From positions 15,810,001 through 15,874,000 of the forward strand of contig CM120645.1 in the NCBI GenBank assembly GCA_051362555.1: a stretch of DNA of 64,000 nucleotides. The letters run 5' to 3'. Position 1 is the stretch's first letter. Each line of letters starts with the position of its first letter. Source of the DNA: Lingula anatina. Lineage: Eukaryota > Animalia > Brachiopoda. The translations under genes and the position numbers were made by a program. Under the pieces are notes generated by a model that did not search any database, was not told the origin of the DNA, and was given only the letters and a program-made list of their open reading frames with translations. This document shows positions 46,266 to 61,017 of this stretch, one piece after another.

Positions 46266-46700
46266 ATAATAAAATGTTTGTAAGGTGAGCTTGATACCAC
46301 CACAGTGTCTCATTGAATGCACTAGAGAGATTACCAATATGTCATAAAGGCATGATGTGCTTTGCAAAAAATAAAATAAATTGTTTGAAAGGTGAGCTTG
46401 ATACCAGAAAGCGCCCCATTGAATGCACTAGAGAGATTACGAATATGTCATAAAGGGACGGTGTTCTTTGCAGAAAAATAAAATAAATTGTTTGAAAGGT
46501 GAGCTTGATACCAGGAAGTGTCCCATTGAATACACTAGAGGGATTACGAATATGTCATAAAGTGATGGTGTTCTGTTATAAAAATATAATAAAATGTTTG
46601 AAAGGTGAGCTTGATACCAGAACGTGTCATGAATGCACTAGAAGGATTACTAGAAGGATTACCAATATGTCATATAGGAATGGTTTTCTGTTCAGAAAAA
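46266..46700. repeat. ~107-bp tandem repeat, 4 copies
   Basis: 'ggtgagcttgatacca' at 46284, 46391, 46498 and 46604. Confidence 0.92.
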
Positions 46701-49700
46701 GAAAGGTAGGCTGTAACATCAAATACCAACTGGCTTTATTAAGTTATTCTAGAAAGGCTTATCATTAAAACTGACATGATGCCACCAAGTTTCTTTTACG
46801 TGAATTAAGTTTTTTTTATCTCTTGCGTAACGATGATGAAATAGTAAATCATATCATAGATAGCAAACGCGTTTAGTCTCTAGAAAATGTACAACTTCCA
46901 TGGACTTTATAATTTTTTCAGTGAGAATATATTTAAAAATTGATAGGGAACTACAACTTAGAACAGGGCTGCAAATACTGCTATGAAATACATCATAACC
47001 TAACCTGCACTAATCATACGGGCCCCTGAACTTCCATCTCTAGGACTACTATTCCTGTCACACATGCAAGATTGGGGTTTTTCCGACCGGCGGGGAGCCT
47101 CCTCTGCCTTTTTCTTTTCCTCTTTATATTATCCTTCCCTTCGTTTTTAACGTCCTCTCTCCACAGTAAAATCCCCCCCCCCCCCCAAAAAAAAAGTTTG
47201 TGTAAATGAGAAATCTCCTAAGGTAAGCGTAATAACACCCGATCCGCCTACCGATCTTTTAAAGAATCTAGTAAACCTCGTTTTACGTGCCATTGTAGGC
47301 CTAGAATAGTACATTTACATCGTAAGTGTATAGATTGATCATGTAAGTAACAAATTGCGTTTCATGCACACAAATTGATGGGCCCTGTCAGTAAAGAAGA
47401 GCTGCGTGCCTTGTCAAATTACATGGTGTGGAAATGTCGAATTTCCACGGCAAATTAGTTGACCAGTGAGGCTAAGGTGTATTTCTGTGATACCGCCTGT
47501 ACTAGTTCACTTCGAGAGGTCCTTACCTGCCACAGGAGGTCTACTCTCTTTCACAAGTTATCCACTAGTTTGTTTTCTTTCTAGAGCAAGTGTCTTTTGT
47601 AACGTCCAGGTTATTGCTTGTACGTTGACGAACCCTCTACTATGTTAATTTTTGGGCACCATCTGTATCACATATTGTGTACGGTACTTTGTGAGAGGTG
47701 TGATGCAGACTAAGTGTTTCTTGTTTTTAAAGATATTAATAATAAATACCTCTTTTAGGACATCAAGAACGAGTTTGGCAAGCAAACCAAATTTAGCTTG
47801 TAACCAACAAATGACACACATATAAAATAACATTTGAATTTAAAATAGAATGTTTTCGCAATATGTTCTTTACATTTTCCTTTGAAGGTTTTTGGAAACC
47901 TATGCTAAATAGATCTTATTTCGTCCGGTATGTATACCTTTTAAAATTTTATCGTTTTCTTTGTATAACTAACAATCTCTTGGTTGCTACTGCTTGGTTG
48001 CTTTTATAAACTTATTATAATACTTCCCTTTGATGCTTTGTCAATTTATCTTTCATGAATCTTGTCCAAATTATGAGATATGGGATAGCCTTTTGTCCAA
48101 GGTTATGCGGATTATTTATTGTCTGCATGGCAAACAATGCTGATAGCGAATAATGGCGTTTTTGATATTTTTACTTGTTTTTGAGTGTTGGTTTGAATAG
48201 ACTTTTGAAGTTATTCCTTTGAAACGTATTATCCACAAACTGATGTGGTTTTCGATGGTCTGTAACTCTAAGAAGATCTTTGAAATCATAATCGAAAGCA
48301 CATGTCAGGTAAATCCGGAAACGACAATTGTAAATCTAAGAACAGAACCGATATTATATAAAGATATATCTTGAAGGATGCCAAACAGAATTACCTTCGG
48401 ATAATATTAATTTTAATGATTTACGATTTAATGAAGAGTTATAATAGTTTGAGAACCACTAATGAAGAAAGAAGCGCCAGGCGTCTATCAAATTCCCGCC
48501 GCCCACACCATGTGCGCCGACCCGATGATGCTGTAGTCTACTGATGCTGATGCTGATGGAACCCTCCAATGGGTTCTACGTTATAACCAACAGACATCCC
48601 TTGCGTTTACATACAAGACAGCTGATGTGATCAGTTTGCGTATACTTCAGTAAAGACGTACACGTTAATCCAGAAATGACAACAGGAAGTCTCCCAACAG
48701 AAACGTTATCTAGTGGGACGTAAGAGGCCAACGGATGAATACACGGCAATGTTCCTGGTCCAACAGATGTTTTAATGAAAAGCTAAAATCCAGAAAAATT
48801 TTGTTTAAAGTCTAATCATACACCCGGACAATAAAACTTGTTTTGGAAAATATCCCAGACAACAAGAATCATTTCAGTCCGCACGTATCCAGGTCATTAT
48901 ATTGCTGTTAAGGGCAGGCTCTGGCAAAATGCCGTAAACACCAGGATAAGAATTTTTAATCTCATCTGATTTTTGGAAAACGAAATTTTCATCAACCAAT
49001 TCATTTCCTCAGTACTTTCAAATCTCAAGGGTATAAGTAATTACATTATAATGTTCCGAGCCTTGTACAAGACGAAAGAAACGTTTTTCAAATCGTCCAA
49101 GCGGAAGCTCACCACTGGAGCCATACAATTATTATTCCAGTCGGGGGAGTTGATTGAAATGGCTCTCCTGACTAGGTTACTTGATGAACTAAATTGGTGC
49201 TCTTTTTCTTGTACAATCCACCTACCAGATTGGAAGGCGATTGAAAAAACAAATCTGAAAGAGTTATATTTAGGTGTTAGATGGCATAGTTGATGAATAC
49301 CAGCATGTTTCCTACCTCTTTTCCTCCAAACAACCCGATCTCCATCACGTAAATAAATAAAATAAAGTAATAACTCCCCACCCCCACCCCACCCCCACAT
49401 ACAAAGAATAAAACATAAAATTGTTGGTCACTATTATCGAACTATTGCTATGCTTAACGGCACCCATTTTATTTCGCATCTATGGCTTGATAGGTGGCGA
49501 CCATGAGTTTGGGAGTTTGAGAATTGCTCAGATGTGCATCGTGTTTAATATTGTACGGAATTTAATTATGTTTGCCATTCTGATTTCATTGTGATGCCAC
49601 CTGATGAGTAATAAAACGTTCACCCACAAAACAATCCAAATTTTCATAAAGGCACTTCAATAAAAATTTTTTCTAAGGTCAGTGTACTTATATGGACTAG

Positions 49701-52677
49701 AGATGAAAAAGGGAGGGGGGAAGCAGGGTGGCTGTTTACAGTATTTAGTATGAAAAGCTAAATGTTTTAATAATGGCCTGTGTTCAGCGCGAATTACACC
49801 AATAAATAAATAAATAGAGCAAGTGAAACTTAAAAATAAACTTACGAAAAATAAGTTGGCAAAAATGTACAATGCAAAAATATACACCCCCAAAGGTGCG
49901 CGTACGTGTACGTGTTTTAATTTTCAATGAAAAAAGACACAGGAAACAAAAAAAAAAAAAAAAAAATTGAACGTTTAAAGCGTAATGGGTCTCCGGTACC
50001 TACGCCTTTAGCAGAGTGGATTCCAGGGTAGTTTTGCTGGGCACGTAGTAAAATGATCGTAATTACTGATACTATGATTCCCAGCGGATTCCCGGTACAC
50101 ACATCGTTAGGAAAATGGATTGACTGGCCACGTAGACTAAGTCGAATTGGTCATTACTATTGATACTACTGCCGTACGTCTCAAGCAAATGTCGAGAATT
50201 TGGCCAATTATTCAAAATGATCGAACATTCAACCAAACAACTGCACTTCAAATTCGTTTTGTAAAGTTTTCCTTTTATATATGCAATAAAATAGGGCAAT
50301 ACTTCAGATGTGTCAGTCCGTTAAATGACGATTCGAATTTTTAAAAGCATTACCAGCAAAGATGTACAGCTTAAGCGCATTACTCTGCCATGGACTATAC
50401 TTCCTTGCAGTACCCTTGCGAATAAGATAATGAATGGTAGCTTCAAATGTTTATCTCAACACCAGCTGAAAGATTGGGATTAGTTTCACTGCCTAAGAAA
50501 CGTTTATTGTATACACGTATAATGGGCCTAAATGTAGATGCATTTGAGATATTGTCAAAACTTGGGAACCCGCCAATAGGTTCTGAGTTAGCAAAAGCAA
50601 AATTCACTAACACCTACGTACAAAACATCCGCCCAATTGGATGGTGATCCAAACTGATTAACTGGTTATTAAAAAGAAATGAAAATGAACAAAAGAGATA
50701 ATTTCATTGATGTTTAACAAAATGCTCCAACTCTTTTTGTATGTGTATTGGAAAGCTAAAATCAGGCATGTTTTGATATTGATTCGAGGCAGATGGGATA
50801 TCAATTTCGTCATTGAAATAAATTCTAAATGACCCCAGATAGTCAAACAAGTAATTCTTGAGTCGGAATAAAAATCTCTAATAAAATAAACACGTTAATT
50901 AATTTATTTATTTAGTAAAAAAATTTCGAAGATGCACCTGTGTTTTCAGAATAATTAACAAAACATTTATGTACAAAGAATAATCAAACAATGTTTTCTT
51001 GTGACATGTTTTTACAATCATTCAATTTGTGCGATTCCTTAGACTTTTAATAGTAGAGGGAATGTCTTTGGAAAAGTCTTTTTTAAATCTTAAATTTTGC
51101 TTTTATCTGAAATGGTCTTTGTCTTTGACAGAAAATTTCATTTTGCTGTCTGGAATAAGTACCGAATTCTGCTCTCAACTGATTGCATTAGCCTCATCAT
51201 TTGAAAATAGCTTGCTAGACTGAAAATACTGACGAACAGAATCCAGAATGCGAGCGCGGGGAATCTTTGGGGAAAATCTTTTTAAAATCCAAAATCCTGT
51301 TTTTATCTGGAAATTGTCTTTGCCATTGACAGCTAACTTCGTAGCGTTACAGCACAAAGTCTTCATTATCCAAAGAGAAGATCCAAATACCACTAAATTC
51401 CCATTGTGGTTACTTTTAATCAGATTATCTCTGTCTTAGCTGATGTGGCATTTCCGATAAAAAGATCCTCATTTGTTCAATGAAGAGGTGGGTGCTGCAT
51501 GACGTCGGCATTAGTCAAAGTCGTAAGTGCCAAATGGACGCAAGAGGCGCCAATGTAATGATGATATCGTTCCCTTTTCCCCTATAGGCTTCAAACGAAC
51601 TATGGATTATCTCCCTAGGTAAATGAGATTAACCTAACAGCAATGTGGTATTCGCTGCCCGAACAAGGTGAAGTTTGGCGGCCTTTGCCTTACTGTACAA
51701 GGTCCCATGTATTGTAAATTTCAGCCCGATGTTTGGTACTGATAAACTTTTTTTTAAACATTAATTCATCTTCTTCCGTTTCTTAAGAATTTACTTAGTT
51801 ATTGGTGTGATTCCCGTCGTGCCGCACAAATATCTATATTCTTATTTAGCTTTTCATGATAAATGTTATAAATCTCCAGCCTATTACTCCATTTTATCTC
51901 GAGAACAGGGAAGTAATAAAATCAATCACCGTTATTGATAATGATACATGTAGGAAATAATCTTACTCACAGATTAACTAGAACATACCTGAATCATAAA
52001 ATCGTATCATACAGCATCATAAATAAAGGCGGCCAGAAGGAAGTTTCAAAATAACTTTTGTTTTTCCACTGCAAGGTTTTGGCACAGTTTTCAGGAATAC
52101 ATGCAGGTCTATACATGATTTTAATTTCAATTTAATTACCTAACTATAAAATACAGGAGATTGCTTAGACGACTGCAGGGATTATTCTCCGGATATAGAA
52201 ACTTGGCGCACAAAAGGGACACCATCATCAAACAACTTTATCTCGACACAGAGGTGAAGGTAAAAAAAAAAAAAAAAAAAAACAGATACCATTAAAATCT
52301 GCACGTACAGCATCAGGTGGTCGACGAGCAATGTAAACACAATTCAGGTGTGGAAAGCATAACTCACGGCTTTCTTGGCAGAATAACAGAGAATGGCTTT
52401 CACAAAATTAATTCATCTGACATCGCCTCTGAGGGCGATTACAACGGTATACAGTCAACTTTTCCGTTCTGGGCACATTTCAGCTATCTTCTCCCGCTCT
52501 GACAGGAATGGTAGTCCCAGGAATGAAGCTTGAGGTCTCATATGATAAGTACAGGTTAGGCTTAGACGAAAGTATCTGGGTTCGTCTATGGCACGGTCTA
52601 TGTAAATCGGACGGGAGTAGGTTTCCCAGCGGACTTCTAATCCTGTCAATCCTGGCTTAGAACCATGCAATCTTTAA

Positions 52678-54786
52678 GGGGACAGATAGGGTTAACTACG
52701 CTTAAAATCATGTTTTTGAGTTTTTTGTGTGTTTCTATTAATCAAAAAAGTATCTAACGTTGGCTGTAATAATTATTTTGAATTTGCACCGCAAAATGTG
52801 CCTTTGATGAGTTTTTCAACCGGCACGCGCCCCAGTCAGGCTGACAACTAAGCCACGCCTCTGTTGCTAAGGGCCGTTGCCATGAGTGGGGCGGAGCATA
52901 GGTAATGAGTTATAAGCCGATTACGTGTGCGGTAATAGGTCATAAGTCTTACATCAGCTAAGCAGTGAAGAAGTCGAGTACGCTATGGGGAAGAGAAAAG
53001 TTCGTGGCATCCGTCCGGCCCAATGTCTTGCTTCTGTATAAAAAATTACAAAAAATGAATGTTATAACCAAGTGATAGAAACTGGATAAAGTCAACTTCT
53101 AATAAAAATCTTATTTGACCTTTTAAAAGTCAGACTCTGTAAAGAAATAGCCCTGCACTATTACAAAATACTTTAACCAACACATTTTACACGTTTGTAA
53201 TAAAAAGTGAAAAACAACATTTTTGTCCTAATGTTTTGCAAAGGAACTCTGAAGATTGCTATATTAAAAATAACGTGTTTTTTTTTTACCTTCAATGCCC
53301 TTGCCCAAGAGCTGTAGTGCATGAAACGAATTTTAATATGTGTTTTTCCTTTCATTCTTGCGGCTGTGACTGTATGATCTAATCCTTTTGCGAACTCTTT
53401 CCCATCAAACCTAAAAATAAAAGGAAGGTATGATAAATACGACGCACGTGGTACCTCAACACATCAGACTTATTCATAAGATAACTTCATTCAGTGCCCT
53501 GTGTGATCTAGTATTAGACGCAATCCACGGTAAAATGCCGACGCAACTTTTACATGCTTCAAAAGATTTGAATAGATACTTTTTTACAATCAACACGTTC
53601 GTGGTTTCAAAACTCACCCACACTCAGCCATTTCACTCAAAAGCCTTCTCTCAGCCACTTTTATCGCTGATTCTTGTGCAGCTGAGCGTCTCCCCTTTAT
53701 CTTAGCTGGCATTTTGAGAAATACTGCTATGAGATAATCGCTGGATTTTTCCGTTGATCTGACGATTACCAAGTGTCGTGCAAAATAATCCTGCAGCGTT
53801 ACCCGTCAAAAAAACTCGTGTTAACACAAGTGACGGACACTTGCTCTCGACACAGTTTTATCTGATCACTTTGCCGATAACAAAGAAGGAATCTCTCAGG
53901 TAAAATTACTCGATTGCCGAGGAAGAGCCATTGAAACGATCAAATGCAACTTCACACCTCTTAATTGCGGTTAAACGTAATCGCCTTTGTTAGCGCTTCC
54001 TTCTAAATATCCTTGACACCCTACGGGGCATCACTAGGCTAGGACCCTCTCCAGAGCTGTCAATCAAAGTGGCGGCACGCTTACATGCCTAACGAGTGGT
54101 CGGAAAATGTAACAAAAGCACGATTTTCTGCCCCTTCAAAGCACCCAAACAAAATATTTTTAGATGACAATAAGCAATGGTTCCATCTGATCGTATAACC
54201 GATAACAGGTAAATTTGCCAGCTAAGCATTTTGACTAATAAGCCCTGTTAACCAACCTGTGAACGTTTTGGCTGTTTTAACAGCTTTCTATATTGACGAG
54301 ATAAGTGAATCGCTGCCGAGTATATCTCACTATCTGAGCAACCGATCGTTACAAAAGTTGCACCTATTGTTGTTAGGAATGTGGACTACAGCATGATATC
54401 AGGGGTTTAAGAGGAAATTGTTTGTTTGAAAGTTATCGCCTTTTAAAGTGAATAACCCATTGAAATATGGGCTGATTTAACGTAAAAGATGATAAAATCA
54501 AAAGTAAATAGTTAAAGACAATTCCCTGGTACCGCGCTGTAGTGCTTTCACCCAGCTTTATGAGGCCTTTTGAATCACTTGAATAGCTGTCTTGGTTATA
54601 GAGAAAATCCCAATACCGAAAACGGCATTTTTCCCCTCAAATTGGCGCCAGAGCGTCATCCGTTGGACACTGTACTTAATTCCCGTCTTTAATTGGCCTT
54701 TTGGGAAGTTTGTTTTAATTTTTTATTAAAACTTACAAGCCCAGGGCTTTGTTTCTATGACTTTGGTCCTTTTACTATAAGTCCCC
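52678..54786. mobile_element. possible Kolobok-like non-autonomous element (TTAA-flanked)
   Basis: TTAA|GGGGACagatag ... ctataaGTCCCC|TTAA; short imperfect TIR and no coding capacity seen. Confidence 0.4.
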
Positions 54787-57771
54787 TTAAATAATGCCAT
54801 GTGAATTAATCCTGTACTGATTTCTGACTCATTGTTAGAACCGTTTAACAAGACGTTTTGCTCTTGCATAAGCTAAGGTATGGGTGCGTAGAAAATAAAA
54901 TCTTAATGGGGTTTTCAGAGTGGAGATGCTCCTGCAAGTTAGTTTAGAGGGGAAGCGTTGAAGTATTAAGTAACGTAAGTGACATGGACCGAATTTGTCA
55001 AATGTCGAGGTACAGAAACTTCGGATAGTTAGAGGAAGGGGCGCAGAAGTATAATTATAATTATTATTGTTGTTGTTATTGTTATTGTTGTTATTTATTT
55101 TACTACCATCATCTATTTATTCTCATTTTTCTCAAAATCGGACTGGACATGCCATCATGTAAAACAGTTGACCTTTGTCAGGGAAGTTTTAACATGCCCA
55201 GTAGGCTCTTGGCTACATTTTGAGGTCGACTATCTTATGCTGTCAAGCGGAAGTTTGTCACAAAACCTGCGTTCAGACTGGTCAGGGCGAGGGGTGCTGG
55301 TGACATACCTGTTTCTGTGAACGAGACGGAAAATCCTTCACTGAGAACATGAAATGTCCCAAGCGCATGCGCAGTGGGGACTCTTTGTGAGCACCGCGTT
55401 TTTATTCACATTTTAATAATTCATGTCTGGAAGTAGACCACAACCTATTCTCAAACCACAGTGTGTACGAGTAGTCTGTTACAAAATCATTGTATGGCAT
55501 AGTTTAAAAGAATCACAAGTCTTGATGTGAGATTCAAAATTCAATAATAAATATCTTGTAAACAAAACAGAAAAATGATACACTGTAGATCCCATTTAAC
55601 CACCAAAACGGCATATATCGCAATTAATTGAAATATATGCTTGCCATCGGACCACGTTGACATTAATAAGTGGCTACCCTTCGTAATAATCTCTTTACAC
55701 TAAGAGATTATTTAAAAAACTTACTTAAAAAAGCAATCGGCTTACTTTGAATGTTAGAACGGATTCATTTACCATTGTTGAGTATGGGAACATCGTCGTT
55801 TAACCCAGAAAAATACATTTTATGGCATTTTCTCGTCAAAATGAAGACTATTTATCCCTATGAGTTGTATACTATTTTAGAAACCCCTGACATCAGAGGG
55901 TAACCACAACCCGCCACTTCACAATCCTCTTTATTATTCTGGATTTTAAACGTCCCTAAGGCAGGATTATAGTGCAGAATCACAGCCCAAAGTGCTTATT
56001 GAAAAGGAACATTTTTTGTTCAACACAAAACTGCTTTTTAATCATTCAATCATTCATGCGCGTTTATGGACAATGGCGCCAATGATTGACAAAAGCCTTC
56101 ACGATGCCAAAACAATAACAAATCCATTATCGTTAAAATGAATAAAAAACATATCCTTCATTCTAACAAGTGTTTATAGCAATAGTAGATTATTAAGAAA
56201 AAGATGCTTAACATTAGGTTCATTACATTCCCTACAATAAAATCAAGCGTGCTACGCACACAAAGTTATGCATATTCATTTTCTTAATGACCCGTAACGG
56301 TCATGTAACACGAATAAGAATCCGACGCTCACGTCAGCGAATCTTATAAATAGCAGCGCACCTAAAGTGGTCCTCTAGTATCCTTAACGTTCCCACTGTG
56401 TTAAGCAACACAGGTACACTGTTAATTCACTACTATAATGAATATGCGGGTCTGATCGGGTCGCGTATTTTACGTGTATGAAATAGAAAAGACAGCGTGC
56501 CAGTTGTAAAAGGGTGCGTTGCTTTTAGCTACAGTCCGCTTCGGTTGTAGAGAGGGTCGGTGTTAACGGCGCCATTGAAGAAAGGAGTGGTGTATACTTT
56601 GCAAATGCAAATCGCTGAGGGCAGGAAGGAAAATAACTAACGTGGGTAAAAGAATTGCTGTACTGACCACCTTCATACTGTAACCATTGAATACAGTGAT
56701 GGTCGTGTGTGAGACTGGCGTTCTCTTGACTTGCTGTTCATAAGGTGTAGAAGGACTGGCAGCGGAACAAATACGGGAATTTTTGAGGGATGCCTGTTTT
56801 AAGGTGAGAGATATACCGACTTTTAAACGATTGTAAACAAAGGTACGATTAGCGTTTAAACAAGACAGTATGTAAAATAATAGCATCATTGCACCCGAGC
56901 CGTGATCCGAGGTTGCTAAGCGACGGGGCAAACTTCCCCCTGTTGCCCAGGGAACGTTCCCTGGCCGCTATGCCGTGAATTGCCTTGGGACCAGACACGG
57001 AAAAGCCTCGAATGCCTCATGCTGAATAAACAGGGTTGATCGAGTATCGTGATCATTTTAATAGCTGTGAAGTGAAATTTATTCGTTTCGCTGAAGTATT
57101 TCTTAATCTATTTTTCCTACAAGTACGTTTTTCAAGAGCAAAGACTTTTAAAGTCCTATTTGTGATCAATGAAAGTAGCAGGTATGTTGTTTGGTTTTAA
57201 TCTCGTCCTGTTTACTGGATAAGAAAATGAAAGACGTAGATATTATGTTAGCATTAACAAAGCGCACGCTATGAAAGTAAACAAGTGGTAACAAAACTAC
57301 AAATACATGTACGTTAGGTTATTTTCTACAATGACCAGTCTAACAAGTGGGCCAAACCTTCTTTCCTGAGGACATTTTACAAATGCTGCTGAATACTGCT
57401 ATGTTTATTGTTGTGATGTAACAGTATATGCAGTGCATTAACACGACCAATTTTCAGTAAATATGCTTAACCGTGTCAATTAGACTTGCGTGTCTGACAT
57501 ATTTTAATTACTCATAGGGAAATGTAAACAAGCTGAATTATCTCTCGCCTGAAGCTTGTCTTTGCCTGGAACTCATCCAAGGAGGTCTATATTTTTTTAT
57601 ATATAAGTCGTATAGTTAATCTTGTTGCCGTTCTTTTTCTTTTCTAGACCTTATTTCAATGATCAATTCCTGCCACAGATTTTACATGTGTTAAGTCGAG
57701 AGTTTATGTTTGGTTTTTAAGCCTTGTATTTTGATTGTGATTGTTACAATGATAGGACTCATTTCGAATGA

Positions 57772-57991
57772 CACTATCGGTTTACGTTGATCGATCCAAC
57801 TCTACGGGGGCTCTTGCTGAGTGCAAACACTTTAACGGAATAACACGCTCCCTTTATTGCCAACGTACTCATATAACCACAATCTTTTTGTATTCAATTC
57901 AATGTCAGGAGGAGGCGTGTCATTTAGTTGATCTGATTGCATTCAGCGAGAGTCCCAGTGGAAATGGATCGGACTACGTAGACCGATAGTG
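57772..57991. mobile_element. MITE related to family A
   Basis: TIRs cactatcggtttacgt / acgtagaccgatagtg; gatcgatccaactc..ggggg core. Confidence 0.7.
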
Positions 57992-58418
57992 TTATTGGGA
58001 ATGAGCCCTTAGTTTCAGTGCACAGATTCATATCCGTGAGACCGATCTTCTTCCTCTGACGACACAAACCGACATTACCATTTAATCTTTTAAATCTTTT
58101 TAATTACTTTTAATCTTTTAAATTTTAATGATAATAGTTTATAATGCATCAGTTTGTTAAACAAATTTATAAAATTATGATAATCTAGTCTTTAACCATT
58201 TATGCAGATATCAGGTACTATTGCCCGACAAAGAACGACGACCAGCTAAACGATAATCAATATAAGAACTTATTGAACTAAACTATTACAAAATTAATCA
58301 TTTGACCATTTTTTCCGCATGCTATAAAATGATCAGTACCATTCACGGTTGCCACACTAAAAATTCAATAAATTTTGCCGTCTCATAATTCTATCGGCCA
58401 TACCCAAAGCCTTGGCTA

Positions 58419-59194
58419 GGACCCCCTTTACACTGGACGGCGTCCTTCGGTAAAAAAAAAAAAATGTGGCCAGGACGCTCAACGGTCGCCAAAGCAATTA
58501 AATCGTGTCTCAGTGTAAAGGCGTCTGCGTCCGTTGTTCGTTCTTTGCACGAGCGAATGTAAATTTTACCTGTAAAACTGCGAGCGACCTGTGCGTCCAC
58601 TGAGCGACCTGCCTGACTCCCCTGTGCGTCCCGCGGCGTCTATTGCTATATTAAGCGACCATTGAGGATCCACGTCGCGTTCACTGTACCTTCACAGCTT
58701 TTTGCCTCCTGCTAGATCGATGTGCGTTGTTTTGACGTCCTTCTATATATTCTGGCTCTTCTATATTTTTCACCAGTTCTAACCAATTTAGAACAACTAC
58801 AAAAACGATACATTTAATTAGGAATATTTATTTTCAAATTTCAGTAATGCAAAGTTTTACTTTGAAAAAAAAAAAAAAAGTGTTTATTCCTTATTAATTG
58901 TTTTGTTTTCTGGAGATCTGCTTTAAAATAGGGTGACCGGGTTAGAACTGATGAAAAATATATATATGCCCAAACAAACCCCCAAACTACGCTCTTCTGT
59001 CTTGAACAGGGGACGCACAGGTGAGGCAGGCAGGTCGCTCAAGATTCGGTCGTTCAAAGGACGCACAAGTTAAGGGACGCAGACGCCTTTACACTGAGAC
59101 ACGATTTAATTGCTTTGGCGACCGTTGAGCGTCCTGATCACATCTTTGATCGTAGAAGGGACGCAGAAAGGACGACGTCCAGTGTAAAGAGGCC
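58419..59194. mobile_element. non-autonomous DNA transposon with long TIRs
   Basis: caggacgctcaacggtcgccaaagcaattaaatcgtgtctcagtgtaaaggcgtctgcgtcc (~58470-58531) has its reverse complement at ~59075-59136; outer ends tttacactggacg / cgtccagtgtaaa. Confidence 0.87.
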
Positions 59195-61017
59195 TAACGC
59201 AGCTTAACAATTTTGATATCATACACTACTCTCTTATACGTATGATTCTAAAACCAAAAATGGAACATGATAATCAGGGTGAATATATTTCGATAGCCAC
59301 CAAAAAACGCCTCAGTTTGAGAGTTTCACTCGGCGGAAACCATCATCATCATCACCAACATCAACATTATTAAGATCATTCTTCGGTTTTGGGCGGTAGC
59401 AGCATGAGGGTAGCAGCATGTTTAGACTAAATATGTCTGTCCCTCAGTATTGAAAGAATCTTACTTGTTTGCAAACCACTATCATTTATAATGGTGTCAG
59501 AGTAAGTTACGTATGTCTGTCTCTGTTAGCCTTTCCCAACCAGGTGCCTGAGTAAATACCGGTATTAGTTGCATCTGAAACAGATGCCTTCCAGGATGAA
59601 GGCGGACAATTTCCACAGAACAAAACTCCTGTCGTGCAATTATTTTATCCACATGTTCAAACCTAATGAACAAGTCGGTCGTAATAGGCCCCTCATCACC
59701 TGCAGCATGGTGGTTATTTGACACCTGAGCATTTATCTTTCAGTACACATACATCTGTAAAAGCACCTAGTGCTTTTGACGTTTGCCCCCGAGGAGGAGG
59801 TCAGAAACTCTGGTTAGAAATCTGATATTAATAGCTGTCTCACAAAACGGCGCTACAGGTTCTTAGCCCTGTAAGTGAGGTTGAGCCAGTGTCGCAGGAG
59901 AGCAGACGGCTGGGGCAGACTATAGCTTTTTTACTTCTGAGAGAGATAAAAAAATCGGTGCAAATCAAACGTGTGTGTGTGCGCGCACACGCGCGCGCGT
60001 GTGAATTATCACGTTTTGTGAAGGCGGTGTTCTTAGTTTAGGGCACTCAGGGCAAGCTAAAAATCAAGGCTATCCAATATCGGTTTTAAAAAAAGTGCCT
60101 TCGTATATGTTACGAATATTGGTTAGAATTAACAGATTTCTCACTTACAAATGAGTGACACTTATTGAAAAACATAATCTTGCCAAAAGAAAACAACAAA
60201 GTCGGATGTTTCATTATTTACACCATAGAACACTTTTAGGCTGGGCATAGTTAGGAGGTTATCTGTCATACCCGACCTCCTAAGATAAGACCCGGAAATA
60301 TCACCCAAGAACCCATGAATGTCACTGCACCTGTTCTGGATAAAACTGACCCCTATCTTCTGTATTTGTGATCTGTGTAGAGGTCTAGCAATTCGTTGGA
60401 ACGTTTACAGCAATATTGCAGGCACATTTATCCACATGTTCAAAACTCCTCTCACTATTCGTTGGACCCAGCAATTTCAGTTTTAGGTAATATTAAATTA
60501 AAGTTCGAGTCATTGCATTCGAGAAGGCTTCGCTGATTATTCATAATCACTGCTGAACTGATGTGTCCGGATACAATCAACTTTTCTCAATGTTAAGGAT
60601 TTTCATTTAAATGTGTCCCTTTGCCAAAATGTGTCTTTATAAATGCCAAATTCCAGGCATCAATAATAGTCTGCCTGATTGTAACTGGTTGAAAGACTAA
60701 TAATTCTTCTTCAAAGATAACATTGCACAGCGTTACTGAGAAAATGACTGACAAAGATGATGCCCAGCTAATATCTGATCCTGGGATATGACGGTTGTTA
60801 CACTGTGACATATAATGGGCCGTAATACTGCGGGTGTAATAAAATTTCTGAGGCTATGGGTTTTTGTTATTCTTCCAATATGTTACTTATTTAATTATAA
60901 ATAATACTTTTGGTAGCTGCCATCTATACCATGTTGATAATTACGTCAGTACATATGCCGCTGCTGCTTTTGTGGTTCGACAGTAACATTGGCCATAGTG
61001 TGTAATGTCCTTTAGTC

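Noticed and set aside
59970-60003. Alternating purine-pyrimidine run (Z-DNA potential)
   Set aside because: Common microsatellite derivative with no associated gene evidence.
60241-60296. Hairpin TTAGGAGGT...ACCTCCTAA as an ncRNA or pre-miRNA
   Set aside because: Short imperfect stem, more likely a MITE remnant, with no other support.
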